Assembly: GCA_963767925.1 (NCBI GenBank) | Contig: CAVYGB010000002.1 | Span: forward strand, 1,184,001-1,248,000 | DNA: 64,000 nt | DNA from: an uncultured delta proteobacterium | GTDB taxonomy: Bacteria; Myxococcota_A; Polyangia; Fen-1088 | Reading direction: 5' to 3' | Shown: positions 50,970 through 61,255 of the stretch, piece by piece | Layout of the letters: the number at the start of each line of letters is the position of its first letter | How positions within the stretch are numbered: position 1 is the first letter of the stretch | Program-made: the position numbers and the translations under genes | Notes under the pieces: generated by a model | The model's input: the letters and a program-made list of their open reading frames with translations, nothing else | Told to the model about the DNA's origin: nothing | The model's database searches: none

Positions 50970-52361
50970 GTGAACAGGCTCAATCTGTTGTTCCCTGTCG
51001 AGACGATTAACCGAGAACTCGACTTTCGTTTGTTCCTGGCTGTGATGTGCGCTACGCCCCGGAACCAGATTTTCATCGGCCAGCACGACGCAGTCTTTGG
51101 CCTGTCCCGTTTCACCGAGGGCGGTGTCTACGTCGGAAAGCACATCTTTCGCGATCGATTCCCTATCGAAACCGGCGCCCGCTATCGCGAGATAAAGGGG
51201 CGGGGCTATTCGCTCGTACATCTGGACGAAGAAGGGGCCATCTACTACGGCGGACCTCGAGAGTGGGAGGCAGCCCTGAACGCTCGCGTGGACACGAGCC
51301 TCATGGACGAGGAAGACTACGTCTGCACCTGGGGCGATTTTCAACTCCAGCACTTCAAGCGGAAGAAGCCGAAAAACCTGGAGAACATCCGCAACACTGG
51401 TCACCCTCGGTTCGATCTCTTCAAACCGCTCTATCGCAGCTTCTTTCAGGGGGAGCTGCGCAAGCTCGCGGGATACGGGCGGTTCGTTTTGATAAACACG
51501 AAACTGGCACCCGTGAACCCGGGACTGGGAAGGGAAGATGCTTTCGCCCATTATCGCGGCTACGACCGTTCCAATCCGACTGTACGCATCGGGTTCATCG
51601 AGGCCTACGCCCACTACACCAAGATCCTCGTGAATTTTGTCAGTCTGATCAACCGGATGAGCATCGACTTTCCGGATTTCAACTTCGTCATCCGGCCCCA
51701 TCCATCCGAGGACTTGCAGTACTATCGGACCATATTTCAGGGAATCGGCAACGTGCACGTCGTTCATAGGGGAAGCATTCCGGCGTGGCTGTTCGCGTGC
51801 GAGGTGATGGTTCACGACGGCTGCACCACGGGTGTCGAGGCTCATCTCGCGGGGAACAACATCATCAACTTCAAGTCCCTGGAGAACGAGCGTTACGATT
51901 CGTTGCTTCCCAATGCGTTCGGGACCAAGTGCGCCAACCAGGAAGAGGTATTCGCGGCCCTACGCAGGCTGCGTGACGGAGAAAAGCTGCCCACATCGAT
52001 TCCGACCGACACCGCGCGATCATTGATCAGCAACCTGGATCAACCCTCCTTCCCTCGGCTGCTGTCCGTGATTGACGAAAGCCAGGAAAGAACGCTCACG
52101 CGACAACGCGGGCGCCTCGGGTTCCGCCGCAACGAATTCAAGCTCTACGCCCTAGGGCAGCGCGCTGAAAAGATCGGCCGTGCGGCTGTACGGGCGCTCT
52201 TCCCAAAGAAGATGCGTCGCCATCGCGCGTATAGCAGCATGTTTTACGGTCTAAACCGGGACGACCTGGATACCAAGCTCACCGAGGTCAGCCGAATCGT
52301 CAAGCGCCGGGTCGAATGGGAGCTCTTGAGCCCCGACCTCCTGACGGTCTGGCAAGCCTAG
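50970..52361 (+). CDS. Surface carbohydrate biosynthesis protein, probable GT-B fold
   Basis: PVETINRELD, LDEEG, TGHPRFDL, IRPHPSE, HDGCTTGVEA; resembles the TIGR04396-type family (from memory, not searched). Confidence 0.75.
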   Translation: MNRLNLLFPVETINRELDFRLFLAVMCATPRNQIFIGQHDAVFGLSRFTEGGVYVGKHIFRDRFPIETGARYREIKGRGYSLVHLDEEGAIYYGGPREWEAALNARVDTSLMDEEDYVCTWGDFQLQHFKRKKPKNLENIRNTGHPRFDLFKPLYRSFFQGELRKLAGYGRFVLINTKLAPVNPGLGREDAFAHYRGYDRSNPTVRIGFIEAYAHYTKILVNFVSLINRMSIDFPDFNFVIRPHPSEDLQYYRTIFQGIGNVHVVHRGSIPAWLFACEVMVHDGCTTGVEAHLAGNNIINFKSLENERYDSLLPNAFGTKCANQEEVFAALRRLRDGEKLPTSIPTDTARSLISNLDQPSFPRLLSVIDESQERTLTRQRGRLGFRRNEFKLYALGQRAEKIGRAAVRALFPKKMRRHRAYSSMFYGLNRDDLDTKLTEVSRIVKRRVEWELLSPDLLTVWQA

Positions 52362-52435
52362 ATCCCCGGCGGGACAGAGGTCGGAGCCGAACAGGCCCGG
52401 TCGAGTCGAGCCCGAGCTTCGGCGCTCCCCGCTCT

Positions 52436-53851
52436 TCACTTCTTCGCCTCCTTCAGCATCAGCCCCAGGCCAGAACCGGGCAGCGTTCGATGCAGGATCC
52501 AGCTCGCACCGGTGTAGACGGCCAGGAACACGAGGCCGTAGCCCATCAGAGGCAGCCAGGTCGGGGGCGCGGCAGGTAGCAGCAGCACGATTGCCATCGC
52601 CAGGAGGGAAGCGACGGTGGGAGCGACGAAGGGGAGGACGAGGTCGCGCCAACGGAGGTCGAGAGCCGAACGAAGTGCCGCGGCCCAGGCGGGCATCGCC
52701 AGCGCGGCGGCGAGGACCACGGCCCAGGCGGCGCCCGCCGTGCCGTAGAGCCGCGTACCCGGATACAGCAGACCAAGAAGGGCGACCACCTGGATGAGCT
52801 TCAGCGCGAAGTCCGCGCGGGTGTGCCCCAGCGCGCGCAGCACGGGCGGCGCGGTGTCGATGATCGCCCGCAGCAGGGCGGCGACCGCCAAAATCTGCAA
52901 GGGCGGAACGGCCGGCGTCCACCCCGGGCCAAGCAGCAGCGGTAGCAAGATCGAACCGAACAGGATGAGCCCAACCGTGACCGGCAAGATGATGGTCGCA
53001 ACCAGCCCGAGCACGGCTCCCAGGTTGGCGACGACGCGGCTGCGGTCGTGCTGGATCTTCGCGAACGCGGGGAAGGCCACGCGAGCGACGATCCACTGCA
53101 GACTCAGAGGCCCCTCGGTGGCGAGCTGGTATGCCATCCGGTATTGTGCCAGGGGCTCGGTTCCCAGCACGCGGCCGGTCACCGCCTTGTCGCTGGTCTC
53201 GAGGACGAAGCTCGCGACGGTGTAGCCGGTCAGCCATTTGGTGTACTGGAACATCTCGCGCGCCTTGGCCAGATCGAAGCCCAGCCGGGCCCGCACAGGT
53301 GAGATCAGGTAGCTCACTGCGGTGCGGGTGGTGAACCCCGCCACCAGACCGAGCACCGGACCCCAGATGTTGCGCAGCCAGAACGAGAGGGCGATAGTCA
53401 CGCAGGCGTACACCAAGGCTTCCACCGCGTAGTTGTAAAACAGCCGATCGAAGCGCAGCTCGCGCGTGAGCACGGCGGTGCTGATGCTGTGAAAGCCCAT
53501 CACGACATAGGACAGGCCCAGCACCCGCAAGGCAGTGGTGGCCTCCGGGACCCGAAAGTAGGCGCACCAGTAGGGCGCGAGCGCGAACTCCACGCCGTAG
53601 ATCATAAGGGCGCGTACGATCTGGGCGGTCCAGGCGGTGTCGAGGTACGGCCTGGGATCCTGTTTCATCTGCACTAGGGCTGCGTTGAAGCCCAGCGCCG
53701 TGATCGCCTGCAGCCCGGCGTCGGCGATGAGGATGACACCGAAGGCGCCCAGCTCGGCTTGCGGCAGGAGGCGCGCGACGAACAGCGTTGCGATTACCCC
53801 GAGAGCGCGCGTGAACAGACGTAAAAATAGCGTCCATCGGGCCCCGGTCAT
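52436..53851 (-). CDS. wzx: Wzx flippase (WzxC-like)
   Basis: About 12 TM; ARLL...G, DTAWT, RELRF, DKAVTGRVLG, VAFPAFAKIQ, LLLGPGW. Confidence 0.9.
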   Translation of the reverse strand: MTGARWTLFLRLFTRALGVIATLFVARLLPQAELGAFGVILIADAGLQAITALGFNAALVQMKQDPRPYLDTAWTAQIVRALMIYGVEFALAPYWCAYFRVPEATTALRVLGLSYVVMGFHSISTAVLTRELRFDRLFYNYAVEALVYACVTIALSFWLRNIWGPVLGLVAGFTTRTAVSYLISPVRARLGFDLAKAREMFQYTKWLTGYTVASFVLETSDKAVTGRVLGTEPLAQYRMAYQLATEGPLSLQWIVARVAFPAFAKIQHDRSRVVANLGAVLGLVATIILPVTVGLILFGSILLPLLLGPGWTPAVPPLQILAVAALLRAIIDTAPPVLRALGHTRADFALKLIQVVALLGLLYPGTRLYGTAGAAWAVVLAAALAMPAWAAALRSALDLRWRDLVLPFVAPTVASLLAMAIVLLLPAAPPTWLPLMGYGLVFLAVYTGASWILHRTLPGSGLGLMLKEAKK

Positions 53852-54165
53852 GATACGGGTCCACAGCTTGGGCTCGCGAGGCGTCGGTTGGCTCAGAGGT
53901 GCTCTCTTGCCAGGTCGCTAGTAAACCGGCCGAGGCCGGCCGGACAGATGTCTGCTCTCTCTGGACGGCGCGTTCAAGCCGGGCCCGTCAGCTGTTCTGG
54001 GATGCGGTCCAATGTGCCGCTCGCCAGCGGTCACTCGCTGAGAGAGGCGCTGAGTGGGGCTCGGCGTTTTTCCTGCCATCTCGCGCCGATTGGAGGGTAG
54101 CACAGCGCTGGCACCTGCCGGGATACCTCCTCGGTCGCTTTACACCAAGCTGATGTCTTGCAAAG

Positions 54166-56217
54166 ATGGGGACCGGGCGACAGAGGGGACGCGTCCTCAT
54201 GCTGAAGGCGACAGCACAAACCGCCGAGTCGATCTCTAGCTCGGCCGGTGTTTCCGGAACCGACTCTCCGATCAGGGCCTCAAGCTCGGCGGCCGGTCGG
54301 TTGCTCGGGCGAGGAGCGGCTGCGACCGTCTTCAGTATGGTGGGGCTCGCCTTCGCGGTGTGGATCGATCATCTGCTATTCGGCTCCTTGCCGCTGAGGT
54401 CCGCCAGCGTTCACCTGTTTAGCAGCGCAGCCTTCGTCGGCCTTGTCGTCCTGCCGGTGCTGTTACCCCTGCAACTCGTTGGGCAGGCCGTGATGGATGC
54501 TTGCAGCGCCTCGGTCCGACGGTGGACCTGGTGCCTGGCGGCGGGCATGTTCGTGTTCGCGACGACCGAGCTGCTCTTCAGCTTGCTGATCTGGGCGGTC
54601 TACCCCGGGGCGCCCGTCGATCGGAGTCACAAGCTGGCCTACGCCAGCGGAATCCCCTTCTGCGCGCTGCTTGGATTCGTGGCGGGGCGGAGACTCTATT
54701 CCCGTCCGATTCCAGGAGGCGGCCCGTTCCTGGCAGGCGCGGGCTATTGTTTGATGTTTCATTGCATCATTGCCTGGCTCCCTCCGGTGTTTCCTTCGGG
54801 AACGAGCTCACATCTGTTTCACAACGGCGCCGCTGCCGGGCTGCTCGTCTCTGTCTTCACCCTCGCGGGACTGGTCGCCCATCGAACGCAGACCCCACTG
54901 CCGCGTCGTATGAGGCTGGTGGTCTTGCTGGTCGGGGTAGCGGTTCTGGTCCTGGGCGTCCGCTATCCTTTCGCTTTCCGTGATGAGTACGCTGTCCGCG
55001 ACGTCGCGGCCCGGGCGGGTCGCCTGTCCCGAAGCTTCGCCCGTCACACGCGTTACCTGCTCTATCCGCGTAGCCACGGCCTGCAGCACCTGGGCGCCCG
55101 GTCGGTTCCAGCAGGGCGCGAGGCGTTCGAAGCGGGTGGAATGGTCCCTGACGACCTGCTTCCTCGGCTAGCCGCCACCAAACCTCGCAACATCCTGCTG
55201 CTCACCGTGGACGCGCTGCGGATCGACGCCACGCAGGCGACACCAGGTGCTGGCTGGGGTCGGCTGGCCCGCGAGGGCGTCGCTTTCCTGGGCCATCAGT
55301 CGGCGGCGCCGGGGACCCGAGAATCCTTGGCCACGCTCTTCACCGGCCGCCCGCATTTCGCAGCCGAGGTTCGGACACAACCAAGCTTGGTCCGGACGCT
55401 CCGCGAGGTTGGCTTCTTCACCCTGGCCGTGGGGTACGCCGGCGATGACAAGCCCTATCTCGACAACGAGATCGTGGCCGCGAGCTTCGAGACCGTCGTC
55501 CCTCGCCCTGAACCGAGCGAGAAGCCGTTCGCGTCCGCCCTGACCGACGCACTGCTGGCCCACCTGCGACATCCCAGCGACCGGCCGTTCTTTGCCTGGG
55601 CCCACTATCTGGATCCCCACGCCCCTTACGAGGGAAAGGGATGGCCCCGGGACCGCTACCTGGCCGAGGTGGCCGCTACTGGGCGTGAAGTCGATCGACT
55701 CCTCGACGGTTTGAGCGGGCGGAGGATTCTCGATCAGACCCTGGTCGTGCTCACCGCCGACCATGGGGAGGAGTTCGGCGAGCACGCGGGCGCGCACCAC
55801 AACCTGACCCTCTATCAAGAGATCCTGCATGTCCCCCTGATTGTCCGGGCTCCCGGGGGCCGGGTCCGTGGGCAGGTCACGGGCCGAACGTCGGCGCAGG
55901 ATCTCTTCGGGGCCATCGAGCGGGTCGTGCGGGGGTCGCGAGCGCAACCTTCGGAACCCGCACCTTTCACGCGGGGGGACGTGTTTTCGTTCACAGCGAT
56001 CCAGGCCTCGGGGGCACACCCGGTTGGGATGGCCGCGGTGGTACGGGGTCGATTCAAGTTGATCTACGAGCTGCGGCTGCGCACGGCCGAGCTTTACGAT
56101 CTGGAGTCGGATCCGACGGAGACCACCAACCTGGTGGACGACCGTCCCGATGTCGCGGCTGCGCTGGCCCGGAGCTTGAGGGCTGAGATGGCCCGGCACG
56201 GAGCAATCGTCAGCTGA
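54166..56217 (+). CDS. Membrane-anchored sulfatase/alkaline-phosphatase-fold protein
   Basis: Multi-TM N-terminus, TVDALR, APGTRES, HYLDPHAPY, TADHGEEF, LHVPLIV, LYDLESDP. Start uncertain. Confidence 0.82.
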   Translation: MGTGRQRGRVLMLKATAQTAESISSSAGVSGTDSPIRASSSAAGRLLGRGAAATVFSMVGLAFAVWIDHLLFGSLPLRSASVHLFSSAAFVGLVVLPVLLPLQLVGQAVMDACSASVRRWTWCLAAGMFVFATTELLFSLLIWAVYPGAPVDRSHKLAYASGIPFCALLGFVAGRRLYSRPIPGGGPFLAGAGYCLMFHCIIAWLPPVFPSGTSSHLFHNGAAAGLLVSVFTLAGLVAHRTQTPLPRRMRLVVLLVGVAVLVLGVRYPFAFRDEYAVRDVAARAGRLSRSFARHTRYLLYPRSHGLQHLGARSVPAGREAFEAGGMVPDDLLPRLAATKPRNILLLTVDALRIDATQATPGAGWGRLAREGVAFLGHQSAAPGTRESLATLFTGRPHFAAEVRTQPSLVRTLREVGFFTLAVGYAGDDKPYLDNEIVAASFETVVPRPEPSEKPFASALTDALLAHLRHPSDRPFFAWAHYLDPHAPYEGKGWPRDRYLAEVAATGREVDRLLDGLSGRRILDQTLVVLTADHGEEFGEHAGAHHNLTLYQEILHVPLIVRAPGGRVRGQVTGRTSAQDLFGAIERVVRGSRAQPSEPAPFTRGDVFSFTAIQASGAHPVGMAAVVRGRFKLIYELRLRTAELYDLESDPTETTNLVDDRPDVAAALARSLRAEMARHGAIVS

Positions 56218-56242
56218 ACCGCGCCGGACCGGCCGGAGAAGA

Positions 56243-56983
56243 CTACTGGCGGCGGTAGGCGCAGATTCTCTCGCTCCCCAGGGAAGGCCAGCGCGGTCTT
56301 GTCGGCGATCCGTGGAGGAGCCCACTTAGGCGGTAGAGCCGGTCCTGGCGCACCACCTGCTGGAGCGGCCGAAGCAAGCCGTAGCGGTATTCGCGCTCGA
56401 GAAGCAGGCCCCTGTCCGCGAGTAGACGATCGATCTGGCCGGCGCTGAGCGCGTTCCAGGTGTAGCGATTCGTCCGCACCCGGCTGCGGAGCCAGGAGTA
56501 GAGAACCAGCCCGGAGCCGAGCGGATGTGCAAAGTTCGTGTGCTCGATGATGGCGAGTCCACCCGGGGCCAGGCGGGCGGCGATCCAGTCGAGGGCCTGG
56601 GAGGGCGATTCCACATGAGCCAGCACGCCAACGCAGAGGATGGTATCGAACCGCCGCCCGTCGTCGGGCAGCTCGATGAAGCTCGAATGGTGGAATTCGA
56701 CGTTGTCCAGACGGGAGGCCGGTGTTTGTCGGCGCGCCGCCTCTAACATCGCCTCGGACGTATCAACCAGGGTCAAACTTGCAGCCTCGCGGAGGAGAGG
56801 CAGCGACAGCGACCCGTCCCCGCACCCGATATCGAGGATCCGGTCGCCCCGCGCCGGCCCGGCAAAGAGGGCAACCGCCTCCCGGCGGAGCCGCAGCACA
56901 TACTGCTGGGAGAGATAACCCTCCGGATTTTCGAACTCCAGCTCCACCTCTTGCGACCGGGACTTCGAAGGAGTTGCTTGCAT
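56243..56983 (-). CDS. Class I SAM methyltransferase
   Basis: ILDIGCGDG, VDTSEAML, GVLAHV, LAPGG. Confidence 0.88.
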   Translation of the reverse strand: MQATPSKSRSQEVELEFENPEGYLSQQYVLRLRREAVALFAGPARGDRILDIGCGDGSLSLPLLREAASLTLVDTSEAMLEAARRQTPASRLDNVEFHHSSFIELPDDGRRFDTILCVGVLAHVESPSQALDWIAARLAPGGLAIIEHTNFAHPLGSGLVLYSWLRSRVRTNRYTWNALSAGQIDRLLADRGLLLEREYRYGLLRPLQQVVRQDRLYRLSGLLHGSPTRPRWPSLGSERICAYRRQ

Positions 56984-58083
56984 TAGGCCAACCTCGCCTG
57001 AGAGACAGCGGTGCGAATCGCCTGCGCGAATCGAGCGGCCGCCACGGGGGCGGCATAGTTGGCCTCGACGGTCCGGCGCGCCGCCGCCCCCATCCGCCGC
57101 CGCTTTTCTGGGTCGGCCCTGAGGGACTCAAAGGCGGTCACCCAGTCTTCCTCCGATCCGGCGACCAACCCGTTTTCCCCTGACTGGACGATCTCCCGGT
57201 TTACCCCCACCGGCGAGACCACCACGGGACGCCCGGTTGCCATGAACTGAAGAGCCTTGAGACCGCACTTGCCACGGGCAAACTCGTCGTCAGGCAGGGG
57301 CATCATGCCAACGTGGCAGCGCCCCACGTCCTCGGCCTCGCTCGCGGCTCGCCAGGGTATGAATTGCGTCTCCACACCTTGAAAAGGACGGGCCTGTGGC
57401 CGGTCGCAGATCACACGCAGGACGACCTTGTGTCGAGCACCGAGGCGCTCGATCGCCCGCCGGGCACCCTCGAGGTGGATCAGCGTGGAGTGCGACCCCG
57501 ACCAGGCAATGACGAAGGAGCCGTCCTCCGGCAGCTCGGGCTGCGCAGGGTAGTGGGCCAGCTCGATGCTGGTAGGAACCACGAAGACCTGTGGATTCTT
57601 CGGACGGGCCCAGTTGGCCAGATATTCGTTGCCCACCGTGACCACCGTGGAGTGGCGACAGATGGTCGCCGTCTTTCCTGAAAACTTCAGCTTCGCGAAG
57701 ACACCGTTCACACTTCCCGGACCCGTCATCCAGATGGCGTCGTCGAAGTCCACGATGATGGGAATCTTTGTCCGCGACAGCAGGCGTTCGTAGACCGCCG
57801 GACCCAGCGTCGCGATCTCACGGTAGATGACCACGCCGTCGTAGTCGCGGGCGCGCCCGAGGGCCCCCCGTCTGCGCCAGGTATCCGACATCAGCAAGGT
57901 CGCCTTTTCCAGGTGGTGGCCTGGTTGATAGACGACCTCGGTGAGCCGGGGTGATTCGAAGACGTCGAAGTCGAGCTGGATTTGATGGCCGCTACGCAGG
58001 TGCGGTTCCCATTGTTCCAGCCGGAACCTCTGGCCAGGAGAAATCCCAGCGGGCTTCGGCACGAGTGCAAGGAGCCTGATCAC
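56983..58083 (-). CDS. GT4 glycosyltransferase
   Basis: SPGQRFR, DFDDAIW, WSGS, GKCGLKALQFMATGRPVVVS, GENG. Confidence 0.9.
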   Translation of the reverse strand: MIRLLALVPKPAGISPGQRFRLEQWEPHLRSGHQIQLDFDVFESPRLTEVVYQPGHHLEKATLLMSDTWRRRGALGRARDYDGVVIYREIATLGPAVYERLLSRTKIPIIVDFDDAIWMTGPGSVNGVFAKLKFSGKTATICRHSTVVTVGNEYLANWARPKNPQVFVVPTSIELAHYPAQPELPEDGSFVIAWSGSHSTLIHLEGARRAIERLGARHKVVLRVICDRPQARPFQGVETQFIPWRAASEAEDVGRCHVGMMPLPDDEFARGKCGLKALQFMATGRPVVVSPVGVNREIVQSGENGLVAGSEEDWVTAFESLRADPEKRRRMGAAARRTVEANYAAPVAAARFAQAIRTAVSQARLA

Positions 58084-58410
58084 GAGTCGTCGCTCAGGGG
58101 CCGGCTAGAAGAGGTTCCTGGTCCAGGTCTCGGGGCTGCCTGCCTTACGATACGGCCAGATGACTGGCCAGAGAGGCAGCGACTCCAGAGGCGGAGAGCC
58201 GCTTGTGGGATTTCGTCGCCTCACACGCGAGCGTCCCGCATCATTCACCTGATGATGTTACTACAGGCGCTCGACGCTCTACAAGGTGCGCGAAGAACAC
58301 GTCCAGATTGCCTCTCTGAGCGAGGCTCCGGCGCAAACCGGGTACTACTGTCCTGCAGGTGACGTTTCGTCAGGGGCCTCGTCCGGAGCGTCGGGGTAGC
58401 GCCCTCCCCA

Positions 58411-58454
58411 CGTTCGCCTCCCAGCGTTCGCCTCCCAACGTTCGCCTCCCAACG
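58411..58454. repeat. 14-bp direct repeat x3 in a divergent intergenic region
   Basis: CGTTCGCCTCCCA(G/A) at 58411, 58425 and 58439. Confidence 0.85.
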
Positions 58455-58722
58455 AACGTTCAGATCGGCACCGCAGCCAGGCTTGTTTTTCTTCGCCATA
58501 GGAATTATTCTGCGGCGGTGCTGAGTCCGCACGAGCTCCACGGGCTGCCGGAGAGGCCCGTCGCTCTAAGCTTGCTGGGAGGCGGAGTCGCGGTGGCCGG
58601 GCTGATTGAACTCCACGGGGAGCTGACTTGGAAATAGCGTTTCCGTTCGTGATTTTTCTGGCCCTTGGCCTGCTGTCGTCCAGGTCTCGGCCCGGACGGT
58701 CCCCGAGACCGACCAGGTGTGG

Positions 58723-59977
58723 ATGCGCAACCTGTTGCTGGCCGCGCTACTGATTCGCCTGGTCGTTGCGACTGCGTTTGCACTCTTTCCCAGCCTGCGG
58801 GTCTTCCACGAGGACGCAAACAGCTACGAGGCGCGAGGCATGGACCTCGCCGCCATGTGGCGAGGTGAGCTCCCGACCTATGAGATGGCGACCCGGAATG
58901 CCGGCTTACACCTACCTCGCCGGCGGCCTTGTACTTCCTCTTCGGTGGATTCCAGGTTGTACTGTCCTACTTCAACTGCCTGGTCGGGACGTTGCTGGTC
59001 GTTTCTGGTGTACCGGCTGGCCCTCCGCTTCTTTCATCCTCGGTTGGGCCGATTCGCTGGCTTGCTCGTCGGGCTCCTGCCGTCGATGATCCTCTGGAGC
59101 GCGGTGGCGCTCAAGGACGTGCTCATGACGCTCCTGCTGGTTGTCGCCCTCTCGTCGTGCGTGGCACTTAAGGAGCGGGTCAACCTCGTCAACGTCGTGG
59201 GTGTCGTACTTGCCGATGGCGGCGATCCAGAGCATTCGCTTTTACATGCTCTACTTCGTCGGATTCGCCGTCGTCGTGTCCTTGGTCCTCGACAGAGGTG
59301 GCCGGGTGCTCACCGGCGTCTACAAGCAGGTCTTTCTGGTGCTCGTGGCGGTAGGCCTGTTCGTGATGCTGGGCCTGGCTGATAGCACCGAAGTCCAGCA
59401 CCAGCTACTTCACTCTCGAACAGGCCTCTTCCTACCGGCGCGGCATGGCCGTTACGGCACGCTCCGGGTTCGACGCCGACGTCGACATCTCCACGCCGGG
59501 CGCCGCCCTCGCTTATCTGCCGGTCGGCGTCGCCTACCTGCTCTGGGCGCCCGTTCCCTTGGCAGCTCACCTCGTTGCGACCCGTTGCTCGCGGCTCCGG
59601 AGACCATCCTGTGGTGGTTCCTCTTCCCGGCTACCGTGCGCGGCATCCTGCTGGCGGTGCGGACGCGGTTCTCGGAGACCTCCGCCCTCCTCATCTTCTC
59701 CTTCACGCTCACGGGCGCCTACTCGTTGATCCACGGAAACGTCGGGATCGGCGTTCCGCCAGCGCACCCAGATCCTGGTGTTCTTGTTCATCTTCTGCGC
59801 GGCCGGGATCTACGCCAAACGACTCAAGAAGAGCCGGCTACGACCCGCGCTTCGTCCTCTCGCGGCCCGAGGCGAACCTGGGCGGCGTCCCGCTCGTCGT
59901 ACCGCCGGCAGTCCGCGGGCGCGGACCAGCCGGCCGACGCGCAGTCGAGAGTCAAGCCAAGTATGCCGACGACGTAG
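58723..59977 (+). CDS. Polytopic GT-C-like membrane protein, putative Wzy polymerase, frameshifted
   Basis: EDANSYE loop, PSMILWSAVALKD, IRFY, APxPW-like, GNVG...R-R segments spread over several frames; lies in a Wzx/Wzc locus. Confidence 0.65.
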
Positions 59978-61192
59978 CGGAGCTCGGATGGGTTTGGGCG
60001 GACGACGCTCTCCCCAGCTGGCCCTCGGCCGTCTCGCTCTCCCAGTGTCCGGCCCGCAGGTTCGTCCCGGCCACCAGCTCTTCGAAGCAGGCGGCGTAAC
60101 GCCCGACGATGAGCGCTTCGCCCCATTGCCGGACGTCGGTCGAGGCCTGGGTGGCCAGGCGCCTGCCGCAGCGACTCGTCGCCGAGCACGCCGCAGCAGG
60201 GCGCCGCCAGCCGCTCGGGCTGACCCGACCGGGCGTCAGCAGGCCGTTGACGCCCGTCCCGGATGATCTCCGACGGCCCGGAAGGGCAGTCCGTGGAGAT
60301 CACGGCCGGACCCGCGGCCATGGCCTCGGCGAGCACGTTGGGGAAGCCCTCCCAGGCCGACGATAGGACGAAGACCGACGACCGGGCCATGAAGGCGTAC
60401 GGGTTGTTCTGAAACCCGAGGAAGGCGACGTCCTGCTCCAGGCCCAGCCGGCGGGTGAGGCTCTCGAGCTCCTGCCGAAGGGGCCCCTGCCCGAGGATCA
60501 CCAGGCGGGCAGGCAGGCGGTCCCGGACGAGGCGGAAGGCGGCGATCAGGTCCGCCTGGGCCTTGGCCACCTGCAACTTTCCGACGTTGAGAATCACCGG
60601 CCGGTCCGCGCCCGGCGCCAGCCAGGGATGGTCCACCGGCGCCGTCGCCTGGCGCGCGATGCCCGCCAGGTCGAGCGGGTTGTGGATGGCGCGCAGCCTG
60701 GCCCGGGGCACCCCGAAGTTCTCCGCCAGGTCGTCGCAGACGCCCTGGGCGACGCCGATGATCAGGTCGGCCTGCGGGTAGAGCGCGCGGACCGCGAGGG
60801 CCTTCAGCGGGGCATGCGAAGCCTCGGCCGGCAGCGACCGGCTGTAGTGGTTGCGGGCGCCCAGGACCAGCGGGAGCCTTGCCGGCCGCTCAGGGCCCGG
60901 GCGAGCACGGCCGCGAAGTTCATCGCCAGCATGGAGAAGCAGAGGTCGACCGACCCCGATCGGAGCAGCTTCGCCAGCCTGCCCGACGCACACGGTGGCG
61001 CTGCTGCGCGCGGAAGTCGATGACCTCGACGTCGGCGGGGATTAGCGGGAGGAAGGGTCCCTCCCGCCGGGTCAGGCCGAGCGTGAGCTGGAAGCGCTGC
61101 CGGTCGAGGCCCCGGAGCAGGTGGATCATCACCCGCTCGGCGCCCCCCCCGTTCATGTTCGTCAGGAGGCAAAGCAGGCGGGTCTTCCTCAT
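59952..61192 (-). CDS. GT4 glycosyltransferase, frameshifted
   Basis: GGGAERV, IHNPLD, VGKLQVAK, SSAWEGFPNVLAEAM, TDCPSGPSEI. Confidence 0.88.
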
Positions 61193-61255
61193 CGGAGGGG
61201 CTCCCTTGCTGGTCGGCGCGGTCGCGCGCCGGCGCTGCCCGGCGGCGGCCGTCGG

